A stretch of DNA of 64,000 bases from Chthonomonadales bacterium (lineage in GTDB: Bacteria > Armatimonadota > Chthonomonadetes > Chthonomonadales > CAJBBX01). The stretch's first letter is position 1, and each line of letters opens with the position of its first letter. Positions 43,225 to 51,748 of the stretch are shown piece by piece. The stretch is from positions 3,263-67,262 of the forward strand of contig JBBROJ010000007.1 of the NCBI GenBank assembly GCA_038229495.1. Reading direction: 5' to 3'. The position numbers were made by a program, and so were the translations under genes. The notes under the pieces were generated by a model that was not told where the DNA came from, ran no database searches, and was given only the letters and a program-made list of their open reading frames with translations.

Positions 43225-44133
43225 ATGAAACACGACGAGAGTGTAGTTATGAGCCCGACCCAAAGGAAGCTCTCCGCGGAAGCAATGGAAGATGTGCGGC
43301 TGCGCGCGACGCTGCGAGCGCAAAAGCGCATTCTGGTGATTGTGCTCTTGCTGCCTGCCGGATATGCGCTGACGCTCGGATTGCCCATTGAGATCCGAGC
43401 GGCTCTGCTCGCCATATGGGGAGTTCTGTTTCTGCTCGTTACCGCCAAGGCCGCCTTTCCTATGCTCCAACTGTCCGGCGAGAAGTTCTCAATACAGAGC
43501 GAAGATGCGATTCGCGCGCTTGCCGAAGAGGACAATCCGGAGAACATCGGCATATTGATAGACGCGGAGGCTGTGGCATGGGCAGAAAGCAGACAAGCGA
43601 TTCAGACCGCGCTGACACGACTTTTGCCGGCCGCTTCGGTCGGTTTAGCAGGCGAGCATCTTGAATTGCTCTACACGCACCTGAATGTCTTCGCGAGGTT
43701 AACAGCCTACACGACCACGCCGATGACCTGGTCGGCCTACCCGCTCGGAGGCGCATGGGAGCGGACCAAGGTCATCTCCGAAGAGTTTCCTGAGCTGCGC
43801 GAAAAGTACATCGATTTCCTGGTCGCGATTCTGGCAGGGCTGGAGAATTTTGGAACCGCCGATTCAGTGCGCTATGTCGAGGCATTGGCTAACGGCGAGC
43901 CAAAGACTGCTCAGGCTGACCGAATCCAGCAGGCGGCCTGGCAGTGTCTCGACGCAATCCACGAACGCCTTGAAGCGGAGCGGCTGGGCAGGACGCTTCT
44001 TCGCTCCGCCTCCGAGCCAATAGACGCGCTGCTCCGCCCCGCGACGCATACCGCCGCTAATGCGCCCGAATCGCTGCTAAGGTCGAATGCGCCGGACGAC
44101 GATGACCAGAACGTGACCGACTCATCGGGATAG
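43225..44133 (+). CDS. Membrane-anchored helical-repeat hypothetical protein
   Basis: Start chosen at MKHDES (43225), downstream of the repeat. It has two TM helices followed by an alpha-helical domain. No family recognised. Confidence 0.45.
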   Translation: MKHDESVVMSPTQRKLSAEAMEDVRLRATLRAQKRILVIVLLLPAGYALTLGLPIEIRAALLAIWGVLFLLVTAKAAFPMLQLSGEKFSIQSEDAIRALAEEDNPENIGILIDAEAVAWAESRQAIQTALTRLLPAASVGLAGEHLELLYTHLNVFARLTAYTTTPMTWSAYPLGGAWERTKVISEEFPELREKYIDFLVAILAGLENFGTADSVRYVEALANGEPKTAQADRIQQAAWQCLDAIHERLEAERLGRTLLRSASEPIDALLRPATHTAANAPESLLRSNAPDDDDQNVTDSSG

Positions 44134-47100
44134 CCGAGACGCGCAGCGTAACCGTTACGGGCCGGTCGTTGAGCGGAACCTCGTAGGCATCTCTCGATTC
44201 ACGAGCGGCGGGCGATAACCTTCCAGTGATGTTCACGCCGGCCTGTTCCACGCGTAGACGCGCCGTTTTTGTAGTGGCAGTTCCCGCTGAGAGCGTAATT
44301 CGCACGTTCCCCGTAGCAGAATTGAAGACAACGCTTTCAAACATCCCCGCGTCCAGCGTCAGCCACAGCTTCAGCGGCCCGAAGAATATTCGTGTCCGCA
44401 GGCCGTCGCGCGGGACGACCCGAATCAAATTCCCCTCCGGTTTCACGTCGCACCCGAAGCCAAGCCAGCCAAATTCAAGACTCTTCGCTACGTACGCTCC
44501 GGCACAGCGCGCGTACCCAAAAAACGCGATGCCGTAGTCCGCCGTATAGGGGTCGAACTGAAGAATCGCCGGGTCGCAGTCGAAACCGTACGACGCAAAC
44601 CCCTCCGAATCGATGTTCGCCAGAATCTGGCTCATGCCCGCGTAACCCACGCGCAGCAGATGCAGGTCGTCCGGGTCTCGGCGCGCGGCGTCCATGACAG
44701 GAATCGCGTTGATGGCTGAGCCGTAGTGGTTCGTCGTGCGGATGATATGCGGCCACTTGTTGCCATTCACGGGCGCGTCGAAATAGCGCCGCGCGGCCCC
44801 GTTGTAGGCCCAGTTCGGCACGGTCGGCATATAGCCGAGAATGGCGTTCAGGGTGACGCCGGCCTTGTCGTCCGCGCCGAAGAACCGGCACCAGGTGTAT
44901 ATCTCCTCCTGGCCGGTCGAATCCCACGGCATTTCGCTGCCGAACGGATAGCGCAGGCCCGCCCAATGGGTCTCTCGCTGCTTCATGTAGGCTTCGAGCG
45001 CTTCCGCCTTCTCTGTCCAGCCCTCGCGGCGCAGGTCCTTCAATATTTCGGGGAAGACGCTGCCGACCATCAGGCCGACCTCCGCGTAGCCCGGCGCGAA
45101 TTTGCGAATCGCCATCGTCGTCTGACAGGCCTGCTCCAGATACCACTGCCACGGGTGGTTCTTGACGAGTCCCTCGTGGTCACGCGCGAGGTGGTAGAGC
45201 GACCAGTAGACCGCCGCCACGTGCGGATAGTTGAAGGAGCGCCACGTCGTCTCGGTGCGCGGCTTGTCCCAGCCGCCGCGAATCGTGTAGTAGCCGGGAT
45301 GCAGCTTCGGATCGTAGTAGAATAGGCTTGCCCGCACGCTGTAGTCACGATTCTGCACCCTGCCCCACAGTGTGTTGTCGACATACTTCTCCAGCTGGGC
45401 AATCTCGCGGACATCCGGCTGGCCGAGGTTCTTCATCGCGACCGCCACCGAAGCGCCCGCGCCTATCTCGTCGCTGAGGCCCACGAACCACGAGTGCGAA
45501 TGCTGGAGCACCATGCTGTTGGTTTCGCGGTTGAACGGCAGGAATGAGAAGGTTCGGTGGAAGGGGTCCGCCGCGTCGGTAAACCACTGTTTCTCCGCAT
45601 GAAACCGACCGAGATTCTTGACCTGCTCCGTCTCCGGCAAAGTGATAAAGTAGTGGACAGCCTGGGTTGAGCCGTCGGCGTAGGTAATCAACAGGCGGCA
45701 GCGGCCCGGCTTCATCCCTCGCAGTGAATACCCCTTCCAGTCGTGCGACGTTGGACTGTGGTCGGGCTGAAAGCGGATAGCCGCATCCGGTTCGCAGACA
45801 ACGGAGCGAACCGACGTCGCGCTGTGCAGAAACAGCCGGCCCGTCTGATCGGTAGGCAATACATATCCCGGAATGCCGATGGCGACAGGCCGCTTCTCCG
45901 CAATCAGCGTCGATTCGATCTCGCGGATGGACGGCGCGAGGACGATCCGGAACCCGTAAACCGCCTCTTCTCCGGGCTTCAGCCGCCGCGAGGTGGGCCG
46001 ATTCCACGGCTGCGCCCGCTTCCAGTCATTCTTCGCGTAGGCTTGCGAATGGACCATCCACTCGTAAAAGCCCTCGAAGGTCACGTCGCGCGGCGTGGGG
46101 TCATCGTAGAGCGGGCGGTACGCCTCGAAGGATGTTCCCTTTTCAGGAATGACTACCAGCGCAGGTCCCTGGCCGTTCAGGCGCGTCACCTGTAGATAGC
46201 CGCCCTCCTGCCCGATGTAGGGGTCGGCAAAAGAGCAGCGGTCGTGCGTCTCCTCCAGCGACCGGCCCGTGATCAGGTTATTGAAGACCATGGCTGCGCC
46301 GAACGCGCCCAACTCAACCTCTTCGCTGCCGGGATTCGAGATTCGGAATCGCAGAACAAGTCTGCCATTCTCGTTCACCCATTCGCGAATCACGTGCAGT
46401 GGGCTTGCCGAACCAAACGCAAGAGTAATATCGGAAGCCTGGAGAACGCCGTGTTGCGGAGGAAGCGGTTTGGCGCTCTCGTGCGCCGTGGCGGAGGCGA
46501 GAGATTTCCACGGGCCGCTGCCCGCGCGAACGCGAAGCGTGCAGTCGCCCAGATGGTAGTAACCGTCCGCCGCGCGGCCCATCACTCGGTCGCCGGGAAG
46601 AAAATCGAATTGGCTGCCCTTCGGCGAGAGGCTCGCGGCGGTTCCGGTGGCGCGCAGCAGAGTAAGCGAAAAGCCGCCCACCTCCCGCGTATCGCGGCCC
46701 TTCGAGGCGAACCCCTCGATGTCCGCCCGCGACGCGCCGAAGCGGGGAGCCTCCGCGTCGAAAGTCTGCGCAATCTGCTCCGGAGTCAGCGCCCCTGATC
46801 GGATCCGGACGACGGCCAGATAAAGCGATCCCGCCTGCTGCCCGCCGGTATATTCGTTCCGGAACTGAATCTGGCCGTTCGGACCGGTCTGAGCCCCGAG
46901 CAGGATCGGATACCCGCTCGCGGTCCGCACCGCCATCTCACGCGACTGCTTCTCCACGCCGTTATCGAAAACTCGCGCGGTCCGTCCGTCATAGCTGTAG
47001 ACCAGATAGTGCCACCGCTTTGCGGAGGGCGGCCCGTTCCAGCCGAGGTCGGCGGCCCAGTGCGCCATCGCGCCGTAGGCTGCGTTCCGGCCCCACCCGA

Positions 47101-47485
47101 ACGCGATGAGCGACCCGCCGGGCCCGCCGCGTTTGCCCCACGAAACCAGCGTCTCTTCATCCGCATTAAGGGACGGATTGTAAGCCCACGTCTCAATCGT
47201 TCGCGGCGCGCGTCCCTCCAGCGCCGGCGTCGTCTTCGGCCCGCGATAGGCGTCCTGGCTGCCGTCGAAAGCGATTCCCTTTATTCCGCCTCCCGCCTCG
47301 ACTACTTTTGGCGCGCCCACGCGTTCGAACGCTCCCAGCGACCCGCGATTCTGCCACGTTTCCGTTCCCGCGCTCGGGTCGCGCGCATCCAAATCGACCA
47401 GAAGACGCGGGAGTTGGGCACGCGTTCCGGTCGCTGCAAACAGCAGGAGACAGACAGTGGCAAAGTTTGTAATTAGGTTTCTCAT
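44057..47485 (-). CDS. Large secreted protein: N-terminal LamG/concanavalin-like domain plus about 850 aa uncharacterised (DUF5695-like?) region
   Basis: 1142 aa with a signal peptide. It has a LamG-like segment (TWQNRGSLG...IAFDGSQDAY...TIETWAY). The C-terminal family assignment is from memory and weak. It is coupled (ATGA) to the upstream NagB-like gene. Confidence 0.6.
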   Translation of the reverse strand: MRNLITNFATVCLLLFAATGTRAQLPRLLVDLDARDPSAGTETWQNRGSLGAFERVGAPKVVEAGGGIKGIAFDGSQDAYRGPKTTPALEGRAPRTIETWAYNPSLNADEETLVSWGKRGGPGGSLIAFGWGRNAAYGAMAHWAADLGWNGPPSAKRWHYLVYSYDGRTARVFDNGVEKQSREMAVRTASGYPILLGAQTGPNGQIQFRNEYTGGQQAGSLYLAVVRIRSGALTPEQIAQTFDAEAPRFGASRADIEGFASKGRDTREVGGFSLTLLRATGTAASLSPKGSQFDFLPGDRVMGRAADGYYHLGDCTLRVRAGSGPWKSLASATAHESAKPLPPQHGVLQASDITLAFGSASPLHVIREWVNENGRLVLRFRISNPGSEEVELGAFGAAMVFNNLITGRSLEETHDRCSFADPYIGQEGGYLQVTRLNGQGPALVVIPEKGTSFEAYRPLYDDPTPRDVTFEGFYEWMVHSQAYAKNDWKRAQPWNRPTSRRLKPGEEAVYGFRIVLAPSIREIESTLIAEKRPVAIGIPGYVLPTDQTGRLFLHSATSVRSVVCEPDAAIRFQPDHSPTSHDWKGYSLRGMKPGRCRLLITYADGSTQAVHYFITLPETEQVKNLGRFHAEKQWFTDAADPFHRTFSFLPFNRETNSMVLQHSHSWFVGLSDEIGAGASVAVAMKNLGQPDVREIAQLEKYVDNTLWGRVQNRDYSVRASLFYYDPKLHPGYYTIRGGWDKPRTETTWRSFNYPHVAAVYWSLYHLARDHEGLVKNHPWQWYLEQACQTTMAIRKFAPGYAEVGLMVGSVFPEILKDLRREGWTEKAEALEAYMKQRETHWAGLRYPFGSEMPWDSTGQEEIYTWCRFFGADDKAGVTLNAILGYMPTVPNWAYNGAARRYFDAPVNGNKWPHIIRTTNHYGSAINAIPVMDAARRDPDDLHLLRVGYAGMSQILANIDSEGFASYGFDCDPAILQFDPYTADYGIAFFGYARCAGAYVAKSLEFGWLGFGCDVKPEGNLIRVVPRDGLRTRIFFGPLKLWLTLDAGMFESVVFNSATGNVRITLSAGTATTKTARLRVEQAGVNITGRLSPAARESRDAYEVPLNDRPVTVTLRVSAIPMSRSRSGHRRPAHSTLAAIRAH

Positions 47486-48492
47486 GCCATGTGAATCTCA
47501 ACGTCGTCTGCGACGTTGCCCAAAATCGTGTAGTCGGTGCGCGCGGTCTGGAGAATCGAGCCGGGTACATAGGTGCTGACAGGACCATGCGCTACGAGCC
47601 GGGCGATGAACCGCTGCCACGATATGCCGCCGCCCAGATCGCCGTCCAGCCAGAACGAGCGATGCTTCGCGCCCAGTATCTCGGCCGGACCGATGGTGTT
47701 CGCTTTCGGAGGGACCCACGACCAATCGCCCCCGAACGAGTGCAGCGCGTTTTGCATGATGGTCATCGGGTGCAGCTCCACGCAGCGCGGCCCCGCTCTC
47801 TTATAGGATTCGATGTCGTCGCCAAACTCGTCGCCCAGGTGCGCCTCCCAGAAGGCAATATGCCCGCACCAACCAATACCGCCGTAGCACACGTCCGCGC
47901 CGCCCAGGTCCTCGATTCGCCTGCCGTAACCGGGGAGAGCTTCTTTGGTCGGAAAGTGAATCTGGCCGTCCGGCGGGCGCAGCTCGGATCGGATGAGGCT
48001 GAAGAATGAGGCCCACATCGACCTCTGAAAAGACCCAGGCCAATCCAGCGGCGCGGTATTGCCGTCCTGGTCCGCATATTCGTCCATATTGAACGTATGG
48101 ACATGCCTCAGTGACAAATTAGTATCGTTAATTAGCTTCGCAGCGAACGTGTACTGCGGCATGGGTCCGACCGGAAAGATTCCCACGAATTGACGTCCAT
48201 CGTCCGCAGCCTGCCTGATTCGCGAGACGATGTCCAGCGCAAATTCGAAATAGAACTGCGCCGGGTCGTCCATCGCGCGAATCCTGAATTCGGGGTTCAG
48301 ATGCTTCGTAATCTCCGCCCGTGTAATGGCGCGCACACGCTCGCAGGCAGCCAGGTCTCGGAACGGTATAAATCGGGCAAGGTCGTAATGGAACGACAAG
48401 TGGCAGTCCTCCGTAGAGAAGCCATAAAATGTGATTGGCTTCGATGGGACAGGCATGTTCCGGAACGGTAGAAACAGGAATTTCAGCGACAC
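47482..48492 (-). CDS. Glucosamine-6-phosphate deaminase/isomerase-like (NagB superfamily) protein
   Basis: 336 aa. The FNMDEY motif and overall NagB-like pattern are present. Confidence 0.65.
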   Translation of the reverse strand: MSLKFLFLPFRNMPVPSKPITFYGFSTEDCHLSFHYDLARFIPFRDLAACERVRAITRAEITKHLNPEFRIRAMDDPAQFYFEFALDIVSRIRQAADDGRQFVGIFPVGPMPQYTFAAKLINDTNLSLRHVHTFNMDEYADQDGNTAPLDWPGSFQRSMWASFFSLIRSELRPPDGQIHFPTKEALPGYGRRIEDLGGADVCYGGIGWCGHIAFWEAHLGDEFGDDIESYKRAGPRCVELHPMTIMQNALHSFGGDWSWVPPKANTIGPAEILGAKHRSFWLDGDLGGGISWQRFIARLVAHGPVSTYVPGSILQTARTDYTILGNVADDVEIHMA

Positions 48493-48615
48493 ACTATTCT
48501 GAATGCGCCTGGGTATCTCCTGTTTGCGGATGCAATAGGGCCCGCATCGTATTAGTTAGTTATAAGTTGCCCGCAGGATGGTCCCAATGATTCTCCCTTT
48601 GTCTGTAAGAATTGC

Positions 48616-48644
48616 TTGACCTCCCTGACTAAACCGTCTATAAT
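48616..48644 (+). promoter_or_regulatory. Near-consensus sigma70 promoter TTGACC-17 nt-TATAAT
   Basis: Hexamers at 48616-48621 and 48639-48644 read directly. Confidence 0.65.
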
Positions 48645-48650
48645 ATACTA

Positions 48651-48752
48651 CTGCGTCCGAAATCAATAGCGATTTCTTCAACGTCATTACACTCGGTTGA
48701 GGCATGAGCCTCCACTTCCCGCGCGTAATTGCGCGAGCAGTGGAGGTTTTTT
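48651..48752 (+). ncRNA. Candidate about 100-nt small RNA or terminator-type attenuator
   Basis: The promoter is followed about 60 nt later by a strong intrinsic terminator: CCTCCACT-tcc-CGCGC-gtaatt-GCGCG-agc-AGTGGAGG plus TTTTTT (48709-48752). An alternative GAGGC-atga-GCCTC hairpin (48699-48712) competes with the terminator's 5' arm. Confidence 0.45.
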
Positions 48753-48873
48753 ATATATACCAGCGATTCCAAGCTGAGTTGTAACCGTAGTCTTTATCAG
48801 CGTCGTAATCGGGGAAACTGGCCGGCCTCCGCAATGTAGCGGGGAGCGCGGCGCAGAGAAACTGGAGATCACC

Positions 48874-49083
48874 ATGCCACCCCCTGAGGTAGCAGTAGTA
48901 TGTGTCGGGTGCGGCAACCGCACAATGATGCCCATGGCATCGGTACGACGCGACAGCTCGTATTGCGGCAAGTGCGGCAAGCGGCTGGAATTTACAAATG
49001 TCACTGCGCCGGTGCACGACAGCGGTCCCACCCAGGCGCGGCAGAAACCGAAGCGCAGCTCTCGTCCCGCGAAGCGTCGATAG
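48874..49083 (+). CDS. Small zinc-ribbon protein with basic tail
   Basis: 69 aa with CVGC...CGKC and a C-terminal KPKRSSRPAKRR. GGAGATCACC precedes the ATG. Confidence 0.5.
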   Translation: MPPPEVAVVCVGCGNRTMMPMASVRRDSSYCGKCGKRLEFTNVTAPVHDSGPTQARQKPKRSSRPAKRR

Positions 49084-49157
49084 CGGTAATGCGTCGATGG
49101 CCGCAAAGCGTCGAAACTTGGGCGCTTTTGTGCGGAACTAAGCGAACGGAGAGCGCA

Positions 49158-49385
49158 ATGGCGACCGAGTTTGAGCGATTGAAGTGCGACATTGTGGGTC
49201 ATTCGGTCATGATAACCTCGTGGTATGATGACCGTCTGGATGCGTGGCGCGCAAGCGCTCCTGCTTATGCCGCCCTCTTTTCTGAGCGAACGGGCGAAAA
49301 CTGCCCACCAGCGAGCCGCAAGGCCGCGATTGACGATGTTATTAACCGCCTCGTCGATCACTTCCAAACCACACCCCGGTTATAG
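49158..49385 (+). CDS. Small hypothetical protein
   Basis: 75 aa from an internal ATG preceded by GGAGAG (MATEFERLKCDIVGH...). The upstream part of ORF 48900.. overlaps the zinc-ribbon gene. Confidence 0.4.
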   Translation: MATEFERLKCDIVGHSVMITSWYDDRLDAWRASAPAYAALFSERTGENCPPASRKAAIDDVINRLVDHFQTTPRL

Positions 49386-49450
49386 AACCGGAGACCGGCT
49401 TGATTCCATCTTTCGTCAAGAGGACAGGCCACACCCATAAGGAGCTCTAG

Positions 49451-49912
49451 ATGGCGAAACGCATCTACGTAGGCAGCTTGCCCTACAGCACGGACGAGAG
49501 ACAATTGGAAGCTCTGTTCGCTCAGTACGGTCAGGTTAGCGATGTACAGGTTATCACGGACAAGTACACCGGACAGGCAAAAGGGTTCGCCTTTGTCGAA
49601 ATGGCAAACGACGACGAGGCCCAGAAGGCCATGGACGCCCTGAACGGCAGTGAGATGGGCGGTCGCACCCTTACCGTCAATGAAGCGCGCGAGCGCGACA
49701 GCGGCGGCGGTGGCGGTCGTTCAGGTGGCGGTGGCGGCGGCCGATTCGGCGGTGGTGGCGGTGGTGGCTACGGTGGTGGCGGCGGCGGTGGTTACGGCGG
49801 AGGAGGCGGCGGCTATGGCGGCGGCGGCGGCGGAAGTCGTGGTGGCGGCGGCGGCGGAGGCTACGGCGGTGGTGGCGGAAGCCGCGGTGGCGGGGACAAG
49901 CGACGCTACTAA
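49451..49912 (+). CDS. RRM-type RNA-binding protein with about 70-aa Gly/Tyr/Arg-rich tail
   Basis: RNP2 (IYVGSL) and RNP1 (KGFAFVEM) motifs. The tail is made of GGGGGGY/GGSRGG repeats. Confidence 0.9.
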   Translation: MAKRIYVGSLPYSTDERQLEALFAQYGQVSDVQVITDKYTGQAKGFAFVEMANDDEAQKAMDALNGSEMGGRTLTVNEARERDSGGGGGRSGGGGGGRFGGGGGGGYGGGGGGGYGGGGGGYGGGGGGSRGGGGGGGYGGGGGSRGGGDKRRY

Positions 49913-49940
49913 ACCTTCAAGCTGCATCCGAGCAAGCGTA

Positions 49941-49976
49941 AAGCGGCCTGCGAGATACTCTTCTCGCAGGCCGCTT
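49941..49976 (+). terminator. 15-bp perfect hairpin AAGCGGCCTGCGAGA-TACTCT-TCTCGCAGGCCGCTT
   Basis: Read directly, 29 nt after the RRM gene stop. Confidence 0.65.
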
Positions 49977-50105
49977 CTCATATTGCTTCATTCTCCACCA
50001 GATCAATGGCCGGGGCGAATTGCTCCGGTCTTTTCAATTCCTCGTTCTATCATCCCGTCTCCGGGCCCCACCTGCCAATGCTGCGGAGCTTGGTGTCGCG
50101 CCCCA

Positions 50106-50149
50106 GGTTCGAGCCCTGGTTCGAGCCCTGGTTCGAGACATGGTTCGAC
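50106..50149. repeat. 3.7 copies of the 12-mer GGTTCGAGCCCT
   Basis: Read directly from an intergenic region. Confidence 0.9.
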
Positions 50150-50287
50150 AATGCGAGCGTGGCGTCTTGCTTATGCGACATTGACGTACTGTTCGAGAAC
50201 CTAATGCAACAGGTGTCCTTGTCGAAGGACACGAGGCTATCGGCCCCACAGCGAGGGCTGGCCGCCCCTCGCACAAACCCCCGCTCC

Positions 50288-50418
50288 TACTCCTCCAGGA
50301 TTGGGGGCCCGGGGGTGGGCCGCTCCTCCAGGATTGGGGGCCGGGGGTGGGCCGCTCCTCCACGATTGGGGGCCGGGGGTGGGCTGCTCCCCCAGGATTG
50401 GGGGCCGGGGGGTGGCTC
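50288..50418. repeat. Four tandem about 31-bp units CTCCTCCAGGATTGGGGGCCGGGGGTGGGCCG
   Basis: The units are the reverse complement of the GGCCCCCAATCCTGGGGGAG hairpin module at 18136-18212. ORFs 50006..50485 and 50301..50759 over them look spurious. Confidence 0.9.
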
Positions 50419-50556
50419 AGGACTCCCCAAACAGAAAAACCGGCAAATTTATTGTGATCGGGTCCCAGCGATGTGGAATGATTAACCAGAACTGTTTCCC
50501 CTGCATGAGCGGCGCTTCTCCAATTAACCGGTCCGGTACGAAAAAAGGTAAGGCTA

Positions 50557-51072
50557 ATGAAAATACCGGGTACGAACCGACAATCAACACATCAACGCAG
50601 CACGCTTCGACCATTCGCTCGCTCCATTCGCTGGAGGCGCGCGGAACGAGGCGCGGGACTCATCGAGCTTATGATAGCCAGCCTGCTGCTCTGCATCGGC
50701 GTCATGGGACTCGTCAACGCATGGGTGTTCTCGCTGCGGGTCACGCAGATCACCGATGACCGCGGAATAGCGTATAACCTGGGCCGTCAGGCAGTCGAGC
50801 GCGTGAAAATGTCGGGCTTCGCGAACGCGGCGGAAGGACCCAGCACGCTCTATTATAACGGTGATCAGGTGGCTCAAGGAGGTGCGTCTACGGCGCGCTA
50901 CAGTGTGAGCACCAACATCATGAGCGACGCGATGCAGAGTGGAACGGCGGGAGTGGCGGGAGGCGTGCCGGCGCCCGCGTCTCTGCGCACCGTCACGGTC
51001 ACAGTTCAGGTTATCTCGCCGTCGCAGACGCTCTATGCGACAACGACATACCTTGCGAGGGCGGGCATATGA
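50557..51072 (+). CDS. Prepilin-type N-terminal domain protein (minor pseudopilin)
   Basis: G-AGLIELMIASLLLCIGVMGL has Glu at +5 and a hydrophobic helix. The leader is unusually long, so the true start may lie downstream. Confidence 0.6.
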   Translation: MKIPGTNRQSTHQRSTLRPFARSIRWRRAERGAGLIELMIASLLLCIGVMGLVNAWVFSLRVTQITDDRGIAYNLGRQAVERVKMSGFANAAEGPSTLYYNGDQVAQGGASTARYSVSTNIMSDAMQSGTAGVAGGVPAPASLRTVTVTVQVISPSQTLYATTTYLARAGI

Positions 51073-51587
51073 AGAGCTTACGACAGCCTGCGCGCCGACG
51101 CGGCTTCACTCTCATAGAGATGATTATTTCCGGCTTCGTCAGTGTTATGCTCGGCGCGGCCCTGTGGACCCTGATGCGAAGCAGTTACGACACGCAATAT
51201 ACGGTTTTGAACGAGAATCTCGTGAACACGACCACGAGGCAGGCAATAGACACTTTTGCCGACAACCTTCGCGGGTCAGCGGGCATCACCTTATGCGACG
51301 GATCCAGCCTCACCTACACGAATAACAGCGGCCAGAATGTCCGGTACTGGCTGTCGGGAACGAACCTGCTGAAAACGGTCAACGCGCTGCCGGCCGGTGG
51401 CACGACGGTTGTATCGAACGTGTCGGCAATGACGTTCTCATACTGGACCTGGAACGGTACCGCATGGGTCGCTTCAAGCACGCCGGGAACGCCCAGCGCC
51501 GTGTCCGCCGTGGACTTCGCCGTAACTCTCTCGCTAAACGGCGCGAGCCGAAAGATATCGGGGTCGGCAAAGATACGCCAGAAGTGA
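51069..51587 (+). CDS. Prepilin-type N-terminal cleavage/methylation domain protein (minor pseudopilin)
   Basis: MKSLRQPARRRG-FTLIEMIISGFV is the canonical motif. A 4-nt overlap with the upstream gene. Confidence 0.8.
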   Translation: MKSLRQPARRRGFTLIEMIISGFVSVMLGAALWTLMRSSYDTQYTVLNENLVNTTTRQAIDTFADNLRGSAGITLCDGSSLTYTNNSGQNVRYWLSGTNLLKTVNALPAGGTTVVSNVSAMTFSYWTWNGTAWVASSTPGTPSAVSAVDFAVTLSLNGASRKISGSAKIRQK

Positions 51588-51748
51588 TCTACTAATATTG
51601 AGTAACTGACATTGGGTGATTTGTCTCAATCGAAGACCGCCGGTCCCGCGGCCCCGTTCCAGCTGTTGAATCCTCGCCGGCCAGATTGAATAAGAATGAA
51701 TCGGCCAAACACCCGTTATCTGACTATTTCGCACTAAAGGCCAGACTT

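Noticed and set aside
44057-44133. 77-nt convergent overlap of the 3' ends of genes 43225..44133 (+) and 44057..47485 (-)
   Set aside because: The last about 25 residues of the large minus-strand protein are Arg/His/Ala-rich and look like non-conserved read-on to the first available stop. It is probably a trivial overlap rather than an antisense regulatory design, and I cannot test this without homologues.
49690-49890. Highly repetitive GGNGGNGGN DNA that could be mistaken for a non-coding microsatellite or CRISPR-like array
   Set aside because: It is in frame with the RRM domain and encodes the Gly/Tyr/Arg tail. It has no repeat-spacer organisation.
50006-50759. ORFs 50006..50485 and 50301..50759 (about 150 aa each), and the antisense ORFs over the same region
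   Set aside because: They are read across the 12-mer and 31-bp tandem repeats, giving periodic peptides such as GPGVG / RIGGRG. They have no start context or domain. I treat them as non-coding repeat DNA.
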